Source: a virus
Taxonomy: Duplodnaviria; Caudoviricetes
Virus record (IMG/VR): IMGVR_UViG_3300028920_000077
Location: 1 to 60,355 of that record
Reading direction: 5' to 3' (one strand)
DNA: 60,355 bases
The notes under the pieces were generated by a model. The model saw only the letters and a program-made list of their open reading frames with translations. It was not told where the DNA came from and ran no database searches. Shown here in pieces: positions 20,325-31,200 of the stretch. The translations under genes and the position numbers were made by a program. Position 1 is the stretch's first letter, and the number at the start of each line of letters is the position of its first letter.

Positions 20325-22442
20325 TTATAAAAATCTTATATTTCCACGTATATTAATCTCTACAGCCACAAGCCAACATCTACAGTTCATTATTTGTTTA
20401 AGATCAGCAGTTGGGTCTAATGGAAATCTGCAATTAGTAATAGGAAATCTCTCTCCTAATTTTATTACATTTCCATGCTCCGCCACATGATCATCTCTAA
20501 CTACTTCATCTTCGCTAGAAGCCCAAGCACATCTAATTACACCATAATAATTAAATGAAATGAACCTGCCTGAATTAGAAGCCATACCGACTATCGCTCT
20601 AGCTGTTATTTCTGATTTCATAGTTTTGATTGTATCCATTTCACCTAACAACAACTTTTCAAATTGTTCTACTGGCATACCTTGAATAGATGTTTTACTT
20701 ACTAAGCCTTTTACATTTTCTATAACTCGTGTTATTATTCTCTGTGTTTTTTCATATATAACAGATAATAACCCACCAGCAGCCACTAGTAATTCTTCAG
20801 GTATTTTATCTATTAATTTTTGGATATTACTTTCTTGTTTGGTGTAGATATCGTAATTGAAAGTTTTCTTTAATTGCCTAAGTTCATCTTGAGAATTAAC
20901 AATGAACTTATATAGCATTTCTTTTACATCCATCTGGATGAAATCATTCAACCATGTGGTGTAATATTGTTCATAATCTATTTTGGCAACATTATCTTTA
21001 TACTTTTCAATAATATCTTCAGCAATATTATCCAATAATAACTCTATATTTTTTTTAGTCTTTTTTACGTTTTTATTTAATACATTCTTTGTATATTTAT
21101 CATTTAGCCTATAAAGTTCTCTTGAAGAAATCTTGACATGAACTTTATCAATGTGCTTGCTAACATAGATCTTTTCTTCTTCTAAATCTATGTCTATATC
21201 ATCATCATCAAACTGTTCAGCACCCTCTTCTTCTTTTGGTTCAGCCATCTCTAATCCAACATTGAAATAATCTATGCCCATTTTCCACCATATAGCTGCT
21301 GTTTCAGCTTTGATTTTTTGAGTCTGCATGTCTTTATGCTCGTCAGTAGACCAGAAACTGCTCCAATCAAAATCAATAACTATATCAGGGAAGTGTTTGT
21401 CTAGGATTTGAGTTTGCCAAATGTCTCTGAAATAAATCATCTTAGGTGCTAGCATATTTTCTTTAGCAAACAATCTCTGTGCATCCGAATTTGCATAATT
21501 AGAATATTCAAATATTCCAGCAATAGCAGGTGGAACTCTTCCAGAAGATAACATCTCTTCTCTAACTTTGTTCATACCAACTTGGAAATCAATATCCTTG
21601 CCTTCAAATAATCTTTTAATATCTACAGAATGATCTAATATAGCAAAGCCTCTACCTGAAAATAGGCTCATTAAACTATCTATCATACCTTTTTTAGCTT
21701 TTTCTGTTATGTTCCTATCAGATTTAAGAACAAATTTAGGTATGAAACTACCACCAAAGAACTTGGTGTTGTAAATAGCCATATTAATCCACTGTTCTAT
21801 GGAAAGACCAGCAACAGTAACAAAACTTAAACCAACATCTTGATCATAAGGGTTATAAACCATCGGGTGGATAAGTTTATCATTAACAGGATATTTGACA
21901 GTTCCATCACCTACATTTCTATACCAAGCCTTAACCCTATTTGTTTTCTGGTCACGTTCTGTTTGCATACCATAAGAGGGTATCAATTCTAAACCTTCCA
22001 AATCATTTCCGACGATTTGTTTTTTATAGAATGTCTGCCCGAATATGATATAATTAATCATAGATACATAATTAAAATAAGATAAAGACGGTATTCTATC
22101 TTCATTCTTCTTGTCAGGTGGATTGATAACATCATAAAATGGATCTGAAGCTGTAATGAGTGGGTAATCTGTTAAGTTTGGAACATAATGAAATTTTCTA
22201 TGTCTTTGCATATCATTCTTTTGTGTATGCAAATTTTTAAGGATCATTTCCTTTTGCCTTCTATTTTGAACTCTATAGAAGAGCATGTTCTCACGCATAA
22301 AGTTTTCTGCGATTATATTCCCTACTGCATTAACCCATGGGACATCCCTAAATGAATTATTATAATCATAATATGAAGTGTCCCAACCAAATCTCTTACT
22401 CAGTCTTAATACTTTAGAATAAATCTTGTGTGCTGTTCCCAT
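20325..22442 (-). CDS. Portal protein fused to a C-terminal MuF (gp7-like) head morphogenesis domain
   Basis: HK97-like portal motifs (GLS, RVPPAIAG, SNYANS) followed by WASSEDEVVRDDH...FPLDP...NCRC. Confidence 0.88.
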   Translation of the reverse strand: MGTAHKIYSKVLRLSKRFGWDTSYYDYNNSFRDVPWVNAVGNIIAENFMRENMLFYRVQNRRQKEMILKNLHTQKNDMQRHRKFHYVPNLTDYPLITASDPFYDVINPPDKKNEDRIPSLSYFNYVSMINYIIFGQTFYKKQIVGNDLEGLELIPSYGMQTERDQKTNRVKAWYRNVGDGTVKYPVNDKLIHPMVYNPYDQDVGLSFVTVAGLSIEQWINMAIYNTKFFGGSFIPKFVLKSDRNITEKAKKGMIDSLMSLFSGRGFAILDHSVDIKRLFEGKDIDFQVGMNKVREEMLSSGRVPPAIAGIFEYSNYANSDAQRLFAKENMLAPKMIYFRDIWQTQILDKHFPDIVIDFDWSSFWSTDEHKDMQTQKIKAETAAIWWKMGIDYFNVGLEMAEPKEEEGAEQFDDDDIDIDLEEEKIYVSKHIDKVHVKISSRELYRLNDKYTKNVLNKNVKKTKKNIELLLDNIAEDIIEKYKDNVAKIDYEQYYTTWLNDFIQMDVKEMLYKFIVNSQDELRQLKKTFNYDIYTKQESNIQKLIDKIPEELLVAAGGLLSVIYEKTQRIITRVIENVKGLVSKTSIQGMPVEQFEKLLLGEMDTIKTMKSEITARAIVGMASNSGRFISFNYYGVIRCAWASSEDEVVRDDHVAEHGNVIKLGERFPITNCRFPLDPTADLKQIMNCRCWLVAVEINIRGNIRFL

Positions 22443-23983
22443 TAAGCTAACCTTTTCCAGTAATATTCATCATCATATCCATCAAACCTAACGTGAGTAT
22501 CAGAATTTATATGTTGTATCTCTTGGAAATCAATTCCTGAACCAGTATCAGGGTTATATAAATCTTTAACTGTATCTGCTAAGTCAGGGCTTCTTCCTAT
22601 TCTACTCTTTAAATCTTTCTTTTTCTCTAATTGTATCCTGCCATTATTAGATACAAAATATCTAATTGACAATTCTTCTTTCAAATCTCTTATTAATTTC
22701 TTATGATGTGGTTTGTAAAAATAAGGGTATAAATCTACATTACTTTTCTCAGCTAAAGTTCTTAAATTCCAATAATAATGAGCCCTGCGATTTATAAACT
22801 CTTCGTTATATGGTTTGATCGCAGTTCTGTTTGCTATCATTGGAATCACATTATAGCCTTCGTGTAATAAATTATCATAACAGCCCTTACCTTCATGCCT
22901 AGCATCACAAAAATTAATTAAATCTTTCGGGTTTGCTATCCTCAGTCTCCTGGCATATTCCCGAGTTTTTTCTATAGTTAATTGTGTTGCTTTGTGGGTA
23001 TCTACCCTACCAGCATAAATATCTATATCCATTAACCTTGACCCTGCTCTACTTGCCCATGCATTGCAGTCCAAACCTTCACCAGCAAAATCTGTTGCCA
23101 TGAAGGGATAATCAAAGTCTGGATCAGCAATTCCCTTAAACATACTGTTTATTAAGGCATTACTCAACACAATCATTTCACCACTATCTACAAATTTAGC
23201 AAGTATCATCATTTGATACATAGGATCTTTCGGGTTCCACAATTCCATTTTTTCTTTATACCATTCATAACTTAATAGACCTGGAATTACTTCTCTTTTA
23301 AGTTTAACATTAGGAACATCTTTGGCAGTAATCTTTATAGTATTCCATTTCCCAAAATCTGTTTTTCTGTCAGGAAGAACTATATTGGCAAATTCACTAC
23401 CAATTTCATAAGGGTTGCTACATGCTATCATTCTGGTTTTGCCAGAAGTCATAATACCCTCTACAGATTCCCAAGTTTCCCTTGTTAATCCAGAAGCCTG
23501 ATCCATTATGATTAAGATATATTTATTGTGGTAACCAGTTCCTTTTGATTGAGTTGAAGTTCCTTTCTGTTCTCTAGCTACATAACCCACTCCGAAATGT
23601 TTTGGACTAATTTGTAATTTTGGGATAGAGAGAGGTTGACCAAGTAGTTTGACAGTAGCATTGCGATATATCTCTCTTATCTCTGCCCAAACTTGTTCAT
23701 TAACCTGCCTCATAACATTTGAAGTTGTTATGACAGTTGAAGGGAAAAAACTGTTTATAAACCAACAAAATAATAAACCTAATAAAAATGTTTTGCCAGT
23801 ATCATTAACAGATATAACAGCAGTACGCTTGTTATACCTGACTGATTTGACAATCTCTCGTTGCTTGGCATAAAGTCTATATGGTGTATGAGTATGTATC
23901 CACCAGATAGGATTATTCCTACAAGCATGAATATACTTTAAATATTTTTGCTTATTGCGAATATATCCCATTTCTTCATACAT
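22442..23983 (-). CDS. terL: Terminase large subunit
   Basis: Walker A variant NDTGKT, IIMDQA, CSNP, nuclease TDFA and GRSPDLAD motifs. Confidence 0.92.
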   Translation of the reverse strand: MYEEMGYIRNKQKYLKYIHACRNNPIWWIHTHTPYRLYAKQREIVKSVRYNKRTAVISVNDTGKTFLLGLLFCWFINSFFPSTVITTSNVMRQVNEQVWAEIREIYRNATVKLLGQPLSIPKLQISPKHFGVGYVAREQKGTSTQSKGTGYHNKYILIIMDQASGLTRETWESVEGIMTSGKTRMIACSNPYEIGSEFANIVLPDRKTDFGKWNTIKITAKDVPNVKLKREVIPGLLSYEWYKEKMELWNPKDPMYQMMILAKFVDSGEMIVLSNALINSMFKGIADPDFDYPFMATDFAGEGLDCNAWASRAGSRLMDIDIYAGRVDTHKATQLTIEKTREYARRLRIANPKDLINFCDARHEGKGCYDNLLHEGYNVIPMIANRTAIKPYNEEFINRRAHYYWNLRTLAEKSNVDLYPYFYKPHHKKLIRDLKEELSIRYFVSNNGRIQLEKKKDLKSRIGRSPDLADTVKDLYNPDTGSGIDFQEIQHINSDTHVRFDGYDDEYYWKRLA

Positions 23984-24585
23984 TAAAAATCAAAACTCTC
24001 CTCAGATAAGTCATCATCAAACTCTATATTGCCAATAGATTCTATTATGCCTTGTAAAGTTGAGTTGACAACTTGTTCTTCACGTTTTTGTTCATCACCA
24101 CATTCAACCCTGGCTTGTTTAATTAATTCTACAATTTCCATGTTTGCCTTTGCTGCAACTCTCAAGTCAGGTGGTTTTACGTTTTCTATAACTTTTATTC
24201 TACCTATTTTTTTCTTTAAAGCAGCAGGACTAGATGCAACCATCACAGTCATCTTCTCTTTACTTGGCTTCAATGCTGCTGATCTGATTTGTTTATGCTC
24301 TTTTATACTTGTTTCTATTTCATCCATTCTGTGATAAGAATTAGCATACTTAAAGAACTTGCCAAGGTTTTTATTTGTCTTTTCTCTAATTTTCAATATT
24401 TGTTCTTTCACTTCGGGATCTTTATATTTTTTTCTAACTGTTTTTACATCAAATAAAATTCCGAAGTTGTCATCAATATAAGATATTATATCCTCATCTT
24501 CATAGAATTTCGCCTTCAAATACATCAGTGTTTCCAATACTTCGCCTCTAAGTAGCTTTTGGTTCTTCTTTTTATAACTTGACAT
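23983..24585 (-). CDS. Terminase small subunit (putative)
   Basis: 200 aa, directly upstream of terL, first gene after a promoter. Confidence 0.65.
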   Translation of the reverse strand: MSSYKKKNQKLLRGEVLETLMYLKAKFYEDEDIISYIDDNFGILFDVKTVRKKYKDPEVKEQILKIREKTNKNLGKFFKYANSYHRMDEIETSIKEHKQIRSAALKPSKEKMTVMVASSPAALKKKIGRIKVIENVKPPDLRVAAKANMEIVELIKQARVECGDEQKREEQVVNSTLQGIIESIGNIEFDDDLSEESFDF

Positions 24586-24599
24586 AATACCTCCATTTT

Positions 24600-24631
24600 A
24601 TATATATAGATAACTTATTAAAAAAGTCAAG
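24600..24631 (-). promoter_or_regulatory. Sigma70-type promoter for the packaging/virion operon
   Basis: TTGACT-N16-TATATA, followed by the GGAGG RBS of the terS candidate. Confidence 0.7.
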
Positions 24632-24642
24632 TAAAAAATGTA

Positions 24643-24682
24643 AAAAAAAAGGGCAACCAAAATTTAAGTTGCCCCAGTTTTT
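24643..24682. terminator. Bidirectional intrinsic terminator
   Basis: A-tract, GGGCAAC...GTTGCCC stem, T-tract. Confidence 0.75.
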
Positions 24683-24707
24683 ATTATCGCTATTTAATTA
24701 GTTATTT

Positions 24708-25244
24708 TTATGTATTTGTTTTAAGTTCATTGAGTAAAATAATCGAGAGTGCTAAAAGCTCAATTAATTTGTCTTTATTGGGCATATTATTAGATTTTCT
24801 GTTAGATATACTATACAGTATTTCGTCTATATATCCCAATAATTCATCATGTTTTGATTTATCGTGTCTTAACCACCTCCTGAAAAAGTGAATGTTTCCA
24901 GGCAAATAATATTCATATTCAAGTTTAATCCCTTGATGATGAATTTCTTTACCCACCTTTAGTTTAAAACTGTCTATAAATTTATCTATAGTCTTATTTT
25001 GTCTATAGAAAAAATATGCCAAAATATAACTTATCAACTTTTTTATATACTCAGAATTTAAAAAAATTCTACCATAAACAGACTGGTCTGGACAGTTAAT
25101 TAGCTTATATAATATCCTATCCATTTTATATAATAACCCGTTGATAGAGTATCTTTTCTTAAAGAAAATTTGGCAAAAATCTGTGTGCTTATCTATAAGG
25201 CATATAAAGTCATCAAAACAGTCATTAATCATTTTCGGCAACAT
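24708..25244 (-). CDS. Hypothetical protein
   Basis: 178 aa ORF in operon. Confidence 0.6.
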   Translation of the reverse strand: MLPKMINDCFDDFICLIDKHTDFCQIFFKKRYSINGLLYKMDRILYKLINCPDQSVYGRIFLNSEYIKKLISYILAYFFYRQNKTIDKFIDSFKLKVGKEIHHQGIKLEYEYYLPGNIHFFRRWLRHDKSKHDELLGYIDEILYSISNRKSNNMPNKDKLIELLALSIILLNELKTNT

Positions 25245-25246
25245 TT

Positions 25247-25465
25247 TTAAACCATATACCCATAATAAGTTGTTGTTATGTTTAAAATAGCATCTTGTTC
25301 AAAACTTTTTAATTTGCCATCATAGATCTCTATTTGTTTAAATATTCTTTCATCCATTACATTAATTATTTTCTCCTTTTGTTTAGATAATTCTAATATT
25401 TCTTCTTGAAATTTTTTAATTAATTCTGATTTACAATCATTTATATCTAGCCAGTCAAATATCAT
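25247..25465 (-). CDS. Hypothetical protein
   Basis: 72 aa, ATGA overlap with upstream gene. Confidence 0.55.
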   Translation of the reverse strand: MIFDWLDINDCKSELIKKFQEEILELSKQKEKIINVMDERIFKQIEIYDGKLKSFEQDAILNITTTYYGYMV

Positions 25466-25974
25466 TTATCACCTATTTTAAATTTAGTTGTTTCATAAGC
25501 TATTACATTAAACATAATCGCAGCAGCATGGTCTTCGCCATCTTCATAATCACACATCCACTTCATAAAATGTCTAAAAGCAGAAGCCTTCATCCTATCC
25601 ATCTCTTCTTTTCCATTTGCCTTTTCCCAGTTTCTATCTGAATATTTCTTCGCACCTTGCTGTAATAATTTTGCAAGCCTAGTCAACATTTGTTCTTTAT
25701 AGGGGATGCCTTCAGGTAATATTAAATCAAATCTTGGCTTCCCCTCCGCTGTATCTCTTTTCATTCCTGATGGGTATTCCATGCGATCTCCTTTGTCTTC
25801 TATTGTGTATTTTTTTTCTTCTTCTACTAGTAAATTGATTGTTTCTTTAATGTCTTTCACCCACATTGGTTCTTTTTCATGTCTGCTAGAACTTGGCTTA
25901 AATATCTTGCCAACACTAGCTAATTTGTCTAATCTTTTTTGGTCCATACAGTTCTCCTTTGTTCTGTTATCCAT
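25462..25974 (-). CDS. dATP/dGTP diphosphohydrolase-like protein (DUF5664 type)
   Basis: RDTAEGKPRFDLI, GAKKYSDRNWEK, SAFRH and EDHAAAIMFN motifs. Confidence 0.8.
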   Translation of the reverse strand: MDNRTKENCMDQKRLDKLASVGKIFKPSSSRHEKEPMWVKDIKETINLLVEEEKKYTIEDKGDRMEYPSGMKRDTAEGKPRFDLILPEGIPYKEQMLTRLAKLLQQGAKKYSDRNWEKANGKEEMDRMKASAFRHFMKWMCDYEDGEDHAAAIMFNVIAYETTKFKIGDK

Positions 25975-26225
25975 CCTCTTGATTTTTTTATTCTATTTCT
26001 TATATTATTCCATTGTGGTAATTTCCTGCCACATTGTGGACAGAATCTAAACTTATGTAACATATATTTGTAGTTATTATTTAAATGCCTAGGCTCTAAC
26101 ATCGGACAGCCCTCAGCAGAATTAAAAGAATATAACTTTACAAAACCATAATGTAGGAATAATATACAAGCATTACCTCTCTTGCCACAACTCATATTTT
26201 TAACTTCTTTCTTATCCAGTTCCAT
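25929..26225 (-). CDS. Small Cys-rich protein
   Basis: FCPQCG zinc-ribbon motif. Confidence 0.5.
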   Translation of the reverse strand: MELDKKEVKNMSCGKRGNACILFLHYGFVKLYSFNSAEGCPMLEPRHLNNNYKYMLHKFRFCPQCGRKLPQWNNIRNRIKKSRGWITEQRRTVWTKKD

Positions 26226-27310
26226 ATAGCTTTTATAATTGTTTCTTTTATGGAAGTTTTTGTTTCTGACTCTTCTGTTTCTTTTTCTATTATGTATATA
26301 GGCTTAAGCTGTGTTGGCTCTGTGGCACAATCCCAAACTTCGTCTATATGAATATTATAATAATGCTCATAAGCTAACCATAAACCACCATTAAAACCGA
26401 CTATATCACAGTATGAATATTCTGCAACTTCACTTTCAAATTCTTTATTATCATCTTTTAGCTCATCAACTATTTTATGTAACTTTATTTTCTTGCCAGA
26501 GTTGGTGGTAAATGCAACAAATACAGTCTCTTCACCATCAACATAAATTCTAGCCCAACTATCTATACCCTTAACTACATAATTTACAGCATCTAATTCA
26601 AGAGTACGTGCTTGTTTAGTTTCTATATCATAAGTGAATAGATATTGTGTATGATCTTTCTTATCATCTCTAAATGTTACAATAAAAGCATGGTATAATA
26701 TTCCATTTTTAAATACCATAGAACCTTCTGAAACAGTATAGGTGTCATCTGTTGGTTTTGGTATTATTACAGCATAATTATCTAAGAAATTTTTAATCAT
26801 ACCAGCCTCATTTGCACATCTATAGCTAACAAACATTTGGCTGATATCATTTATTTGCCATTCTTTTGGGCCTTCGTATATGGTTTGTTTCTGTTTTTTT
26901 ATACAATCAAAAATTTCTATTTTATAGTGTTTCTTTTTAGACCAACAGGCATAAGCACACATAGGTGCATCAAATCCCGAATCTATCCTGACAGTGTTAA
27001 TTATATAACCACCAGCATGGATTTGAGTTTCTTCTATAATATCATCTTGGTCTATATCAAATACTATCAATGCCAACTGTTCACAATTATAAAAATCAGG
27101 ATTACCATATACTATGTAAATTTTATTACTATAATTATCAAAGGCACATTGTGGTCTGTTAAACCTGTTATCAACAGGTCTTGAAATAAAAACCTTTTCC
27201 GTTACTATCTTCTTTTCTTTATTCCAGACTTTTAGTGATAATTTGTTATGAGTTAAATAGCATAAAGCTAAATATTTATCATTTGCTGCTAAACTTGGAT
27301 GTGTCTCCAT
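26192..27310 (-). CDS. Hypothetical protein, possibly beta-propeller
   Basis: 372 aa, AGGAG RBS, repeated beta-strand units (KIYIVY, ILYHAF, VFVAF, LWLAY). Confidence 0.6.
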   Translation of the reverse strand: METHPSLAANDKYLALCYLTHNKLSLKVWNKEKKIVTEKVFISRPVDNRFNRPQCAFDNYSNKIYIVYGNPDFYNCEQLALIVFDIDQDDIIEETQIHAGGYIINTVRIDSGFDAPMCAYACWSKKKHYKIEIFDCIKKQKQTIYEGPKEWQINDISQMFVSYRCANEAGMIKNFLDNYAVIIPKPTDDTYTVSEGSMVFKNGILYHAFIVTFRDDKKDHTQYLFTYDIETKQARTLELDAVNYVVKGIDSWARIYVDGEETVFVAFTTNSGKKIKLHKIVDELKDDNKEFESEVAEYSYCDIVGFNGGLWLAYEHYYNIHIDEVWDCATEPTQLKPIYIIEKETEESETKTSIKETIIKAIWNWIRKKLKI

Positions 27311-27376
27311 TTTTTCTCCTTAATCTTAATGCAGAAAATAAGGCATAAATTAAAAAAAATATCCCCAACATTTCTA

Positions 27377-27733
27377 TCATAATTGTTTCCTTTGTTCTAT
27401 AGTTAAATCTAATATTTCAGCCAAAGCATTTAATTTTTGGCTTTTCCAAATATCTTTTTTTATTTTCCGTTTTGGGATCTTCATTACACATGAATTTCTG
27501 AATACTTCATAAACAAGAAATTCTTTAACAGGATATTGGACATATTGCTGTTCATTAGGTATAAATCCAATCTCATATTGCTGTCTCATTCTTTTATAAT
27601 ATTTGTCTCTTATATAAATAAGACATTCGGTATAGGTAGTGAAATATCGCATGGAACATTCTCTAATAAAACCATTGCATTTTCTACAAACAATGTAATG
27701 TCTATTAGCAAATATTTCATTTTCGTCTTGCAT
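27377..27733 (-). CDS. Hypothetical protein (CxxC)
   Basis: 118 aa with RBS. Confidence 0.55.
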   Translation of the reverse strand: MQDENEIFANRHYIVCRKCNGFIRECSMRYFTTYTECLIYIRDKYYKRMRQQYEIGFIPNEQQYVQYPVKEFLVYEVFRNSCVMKIPKRKIKKDIWKSQKLNALAEILDLTIEQRKQL

Positions 27734-27902
27734 TTAATTCTCCTTTTTGTTTCCTTTTCAATCTACACCAATCAGGTGTTTCGGGATAATTTTTTATAAT
27801 CCTTTCTGTGAAGCCACTATAAAAATTATCGCAAGTATGTGTTATATCATCAAAAAAATCATATTCATGATGATGTTTACAGCTTTTGCAGGTCAATAGC
27901 AT
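27717..27902 (-). CDS. Small Cys4 protein (CxxC...C...PxWCxL)
   Basis: Same cysteine pattern as 40643..40828 and 44479..44685. Confidence 0.6.
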   Translation of the reverse strand: MLLTCKSCKHHHEYDFFDDITHTCDNFYSGFTERIIKNYPETPDWCRLKRKQKGELNARRK

Positions 27903-27933
27903 ATTTTTTTCTCAGAGGGAACATTTTTTCATC

Positions 27934-28221
27934 CTAATTCTTTTTACTCTCAAATAATAAATCTCTTACTTGATCCAATTCGGGCATTGGTTTGTGCCAT
28001 TTATCCCAAACCTCGCACATTCTCTTTTCTAATTCTTTTGGATCATATTTGGCTTCATACATATAATTAGCATCTTCGTTAAGTTCATCAAGAAATTTAT
28101 CTGGCTCACAAACCTGTGGTTTAGTTAAGATATCAAGTTCATTCATTATTTTTTTATTCCTTAAAAGTTTCCTTTTTTTCTTTTTATCCCTTTTCCTGCT
28201 CTTTTTCTTTCTTTTACCCAT
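27934..28221 (-). CDS. Hypothetical protein with basic N-terminus
   Basis: 95 aa ORF in operon. Confidence 0.5.
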   Translation of the reverse strand: MGKRKKKSRKRDKKKKRKLLRNKKIMNELDILTKPQVCEPDKFLDELNEDANYMYEAKYDPKELEKRMCEVWDKWHKPMPELDQVRDLLFESKKN

Positions 28222-28280
28222 TGGACATCACCCTACACTTTCTTTTTGATAAAAGATTAAAAGATATAATACAGAAAAGT

Positions 28281-31200
28281 TTATATTTCATTATTAACTC
28301 CATAGTATTTATTTGTTTTTGTTATCTTTTCATTATTTTTTCTCTTCACCTTTTGTATCAATGCATTGATGTAGTTCTCTGCAATTCCAACTTTGCTAGA
28401 AACTGCACTTGCAGTATCAAATCTTTTTTCTATGCTAAAACATCTAGTTTGTTTATTATCAATTTCCTTTGTTTTCTGTTTTGTTTCTACGACTAAATTA
28501 ACTAATTGCGAGAGCTTTGTTTTTGTTAGCGGGAAGTCTGGTTTATTTTCAAGAAAATAATCCATCATATCATTTGGGTTGTATTCATCCTTATCGGCTA
28601 TATATTCCCTAATCTCTTCTAATAACCTATATTCATAGAATGAAATATCAACAGCGATATAGCTTAAATCTACCTTTTCCATTATATTCCTATTAACAAA
28701 ATGTTTAATTATTTTAAGTTTGTTATTGACTTTGCGTGTACTTTCTTGAGCTAATTTCAATAAATCCTTTTCATTTTGTTCATCTATGCAACTCTTCATT
28801 TTATGTAACTTAACATAGTTTTTTAACATTTTCAAGTCAATTATATGATTATTATTTTTATAATATTCTTCTAATGTATTGGTAGGAATCATACTATGTT
28901 TTGGCTTTTGTGAGTATTTTTTATACTCAAAGGTGGCTAAAATAAGATTTTTTTCTGCATGAATACCATCATTTACCTTTACATATTCATTTTTATCTAT
29001 TTTTTCAGCTAATTCCTTGTTATAATTTTTGATTTTCTTTTTATTAGTTGCCCTTTTTTCTTTCAGTTCTTTTGTGATTTCTTCTTCTATGTTAATAGAA
29101 TTAATCTTTTGTTCACCCACACTCCAAGATTTATACATATCAGATAGAAAGAAAGGATTATTATAAATCTTTCTATAATATTTTCTCATAATATCTAGTC
29201 TAATCTGGAACTGATTCGGAATATATTTATACCCATCCCAAATAATATACTTATTTAGTATATTAATTTTTTTGAGTGCGATTAGATATTCTTCTTTGTA
29301 TTGATCAACTTCAAATTTTATGTTAGATACTAATTCTGCTTCCATTTTGTGTCTTGATAATAGGTTGCAATATTTTTTAATCTTTTTAATTCTATCCTTT
29401 ACCATTAATGTATAGTTATCTAAATCATTCAGTTCTTTATTATTTCTATATAACACATATATTTTATCACAGCCATGCCTAAATCTACTCAGAAATTGCT
29501 TTTGTAAATGTGGTAAATCTTGAGATAGCATAACTATGTTATATCCTTTATCATTAATTGAAATACCTTCTGCTATAACTTGTGTTGTAAAAAGGATATC
29601 AAGGTTTTCTGGTAAACAATTATGTTTAATGATATGTTTATAAATATCAGTATGTTTCAGATCTCTGTTCAATTTTCCAACAGATTTATTTATTTTTTTT
29701 CTAATCAAATCTGTTAGCATATTGATATCATTCCTGTTATTAAGTAATACTATAGTTTTATTTTTGCTCTGCTTTACTATTTGATATATTGCTTCTAGCT
29801 TCTTTTCATAAGCAATGACATTCACTTCAGTATTTTCAAATGGATTATGTTCTCTTTCTATTTCTATAACTGGATCATCTCCGAAAACACCATAATGAGT
29901 TCCAGTTAAGTAAACAAAGTTTGGGAATTTTTCTTTACATTCCATTATGAATTTAAGTGCTTTAAACCTGTAATCATTAGATGTTAGTAGATTATGTGCC
30001 TCATCCATAATCACAATCCAATTGTTAAAGTCTATGTCACATTTGGTTACTTTTTTTAAGCCCTCGTAGGTGGTAGTGATAACTTTATTACCATTATTGA
30101 TCATTGTTTTGACTTCATTTTCACAAACAAATCCGTCTATGTATGGTATTTCATATTGGTTGGATGTTTGTGAATTGGTTGCCATTAAACTTTGTAATAC
30201 TAATATTCTTTTATCAGTATATTCTGGCAAGTCTTTGATAACCAGCTTTGTTTTACCAACACCCGTAGGTGCAACGATAATTGTATGTTTATGTCCTAGT
30301 ATATGGTTACATATTTCTTCTTTCTTCTCGCTCAACCATTTATTAACTTTTATCTTTGTTGTTTTTTTATTGAAGATTTGTTTAAAATATTCTTTATTTT
30401 TTGTAAGGGTGTAATGGTACAGAACTGGATCTTTTTGTTTTAATACTTGGCTTAATGTATATATTGTCTGATCATGATGGTCAGTAGCCAAGTAAGAATT
30501 TTTATATAAACACATTGAATAATTTAAATCAGGTGCATGAAAGGGGCAACCAATACTCAGGTAACTAGGGTATTCTTTATATTTAATCTTAAACTTCATT
30601 AAAAGGTTGTGGATTGAGTCTTTTTTAAGGAGGGATTTTGTTGATTTGAGGGTTTTTTTATCATACTTACTTATGTAATTACCCTTACGTATTAGTTGCC
30701 TCAGAACGTGTTTCTTTTTATGTTTATTTTTTCTTTTAATATTTTTTAATTTCAAATTTAATTTTGGTGGGATATATTTAATCACAGGATCATTTAATAT
30801 CTTTTCAATGAAGCTAGTTATTAATTCGCTATCTATTACAGGTGCAAAATCAATATCTCCGTATAGTTTATATTCTTTTATTTCACCTAATTTATTTATA
30901 ACTTTAGAAGGTGAAACTGCTAAAAGAGAATTTTGCCCTCTTAGTTCAACCTTAAAAGGTTCTATTATTTTTCTTAGGAACACTTCTTCATTCTTAATTT
31001 TGTTCTTTGATATTACTAATATGTCATCTTTAATGGATGGTTTAAAGTCCAAGAGATCAAATATTTTACTTTCTATAAATGAATTAAATTTTTTATTTGT
31101 TTTAATTATATAACAATCATCCATCTCAGTAACTTCTTTAACTGGACAGGTGCAATTTGCTATGATTGTTTTATAATTCTCTGTGCAAGCAAATAAAATA

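Noticed and set aside
25462-25974. 2-aminoadenine (Z) or 7-deazaguanine genome pathway
   Set aside because: I recognised no PurZ, DpdA/Que genes or phage polymerase. The diphosphohydrolase alone is insufficient.
1705-31113. Numerous + strand ORFs antisense to the virion and replication genes
   Set aside because: They lie mostly or wholly within long minus-strand genes, and I saw no convincing RBS or motifs.
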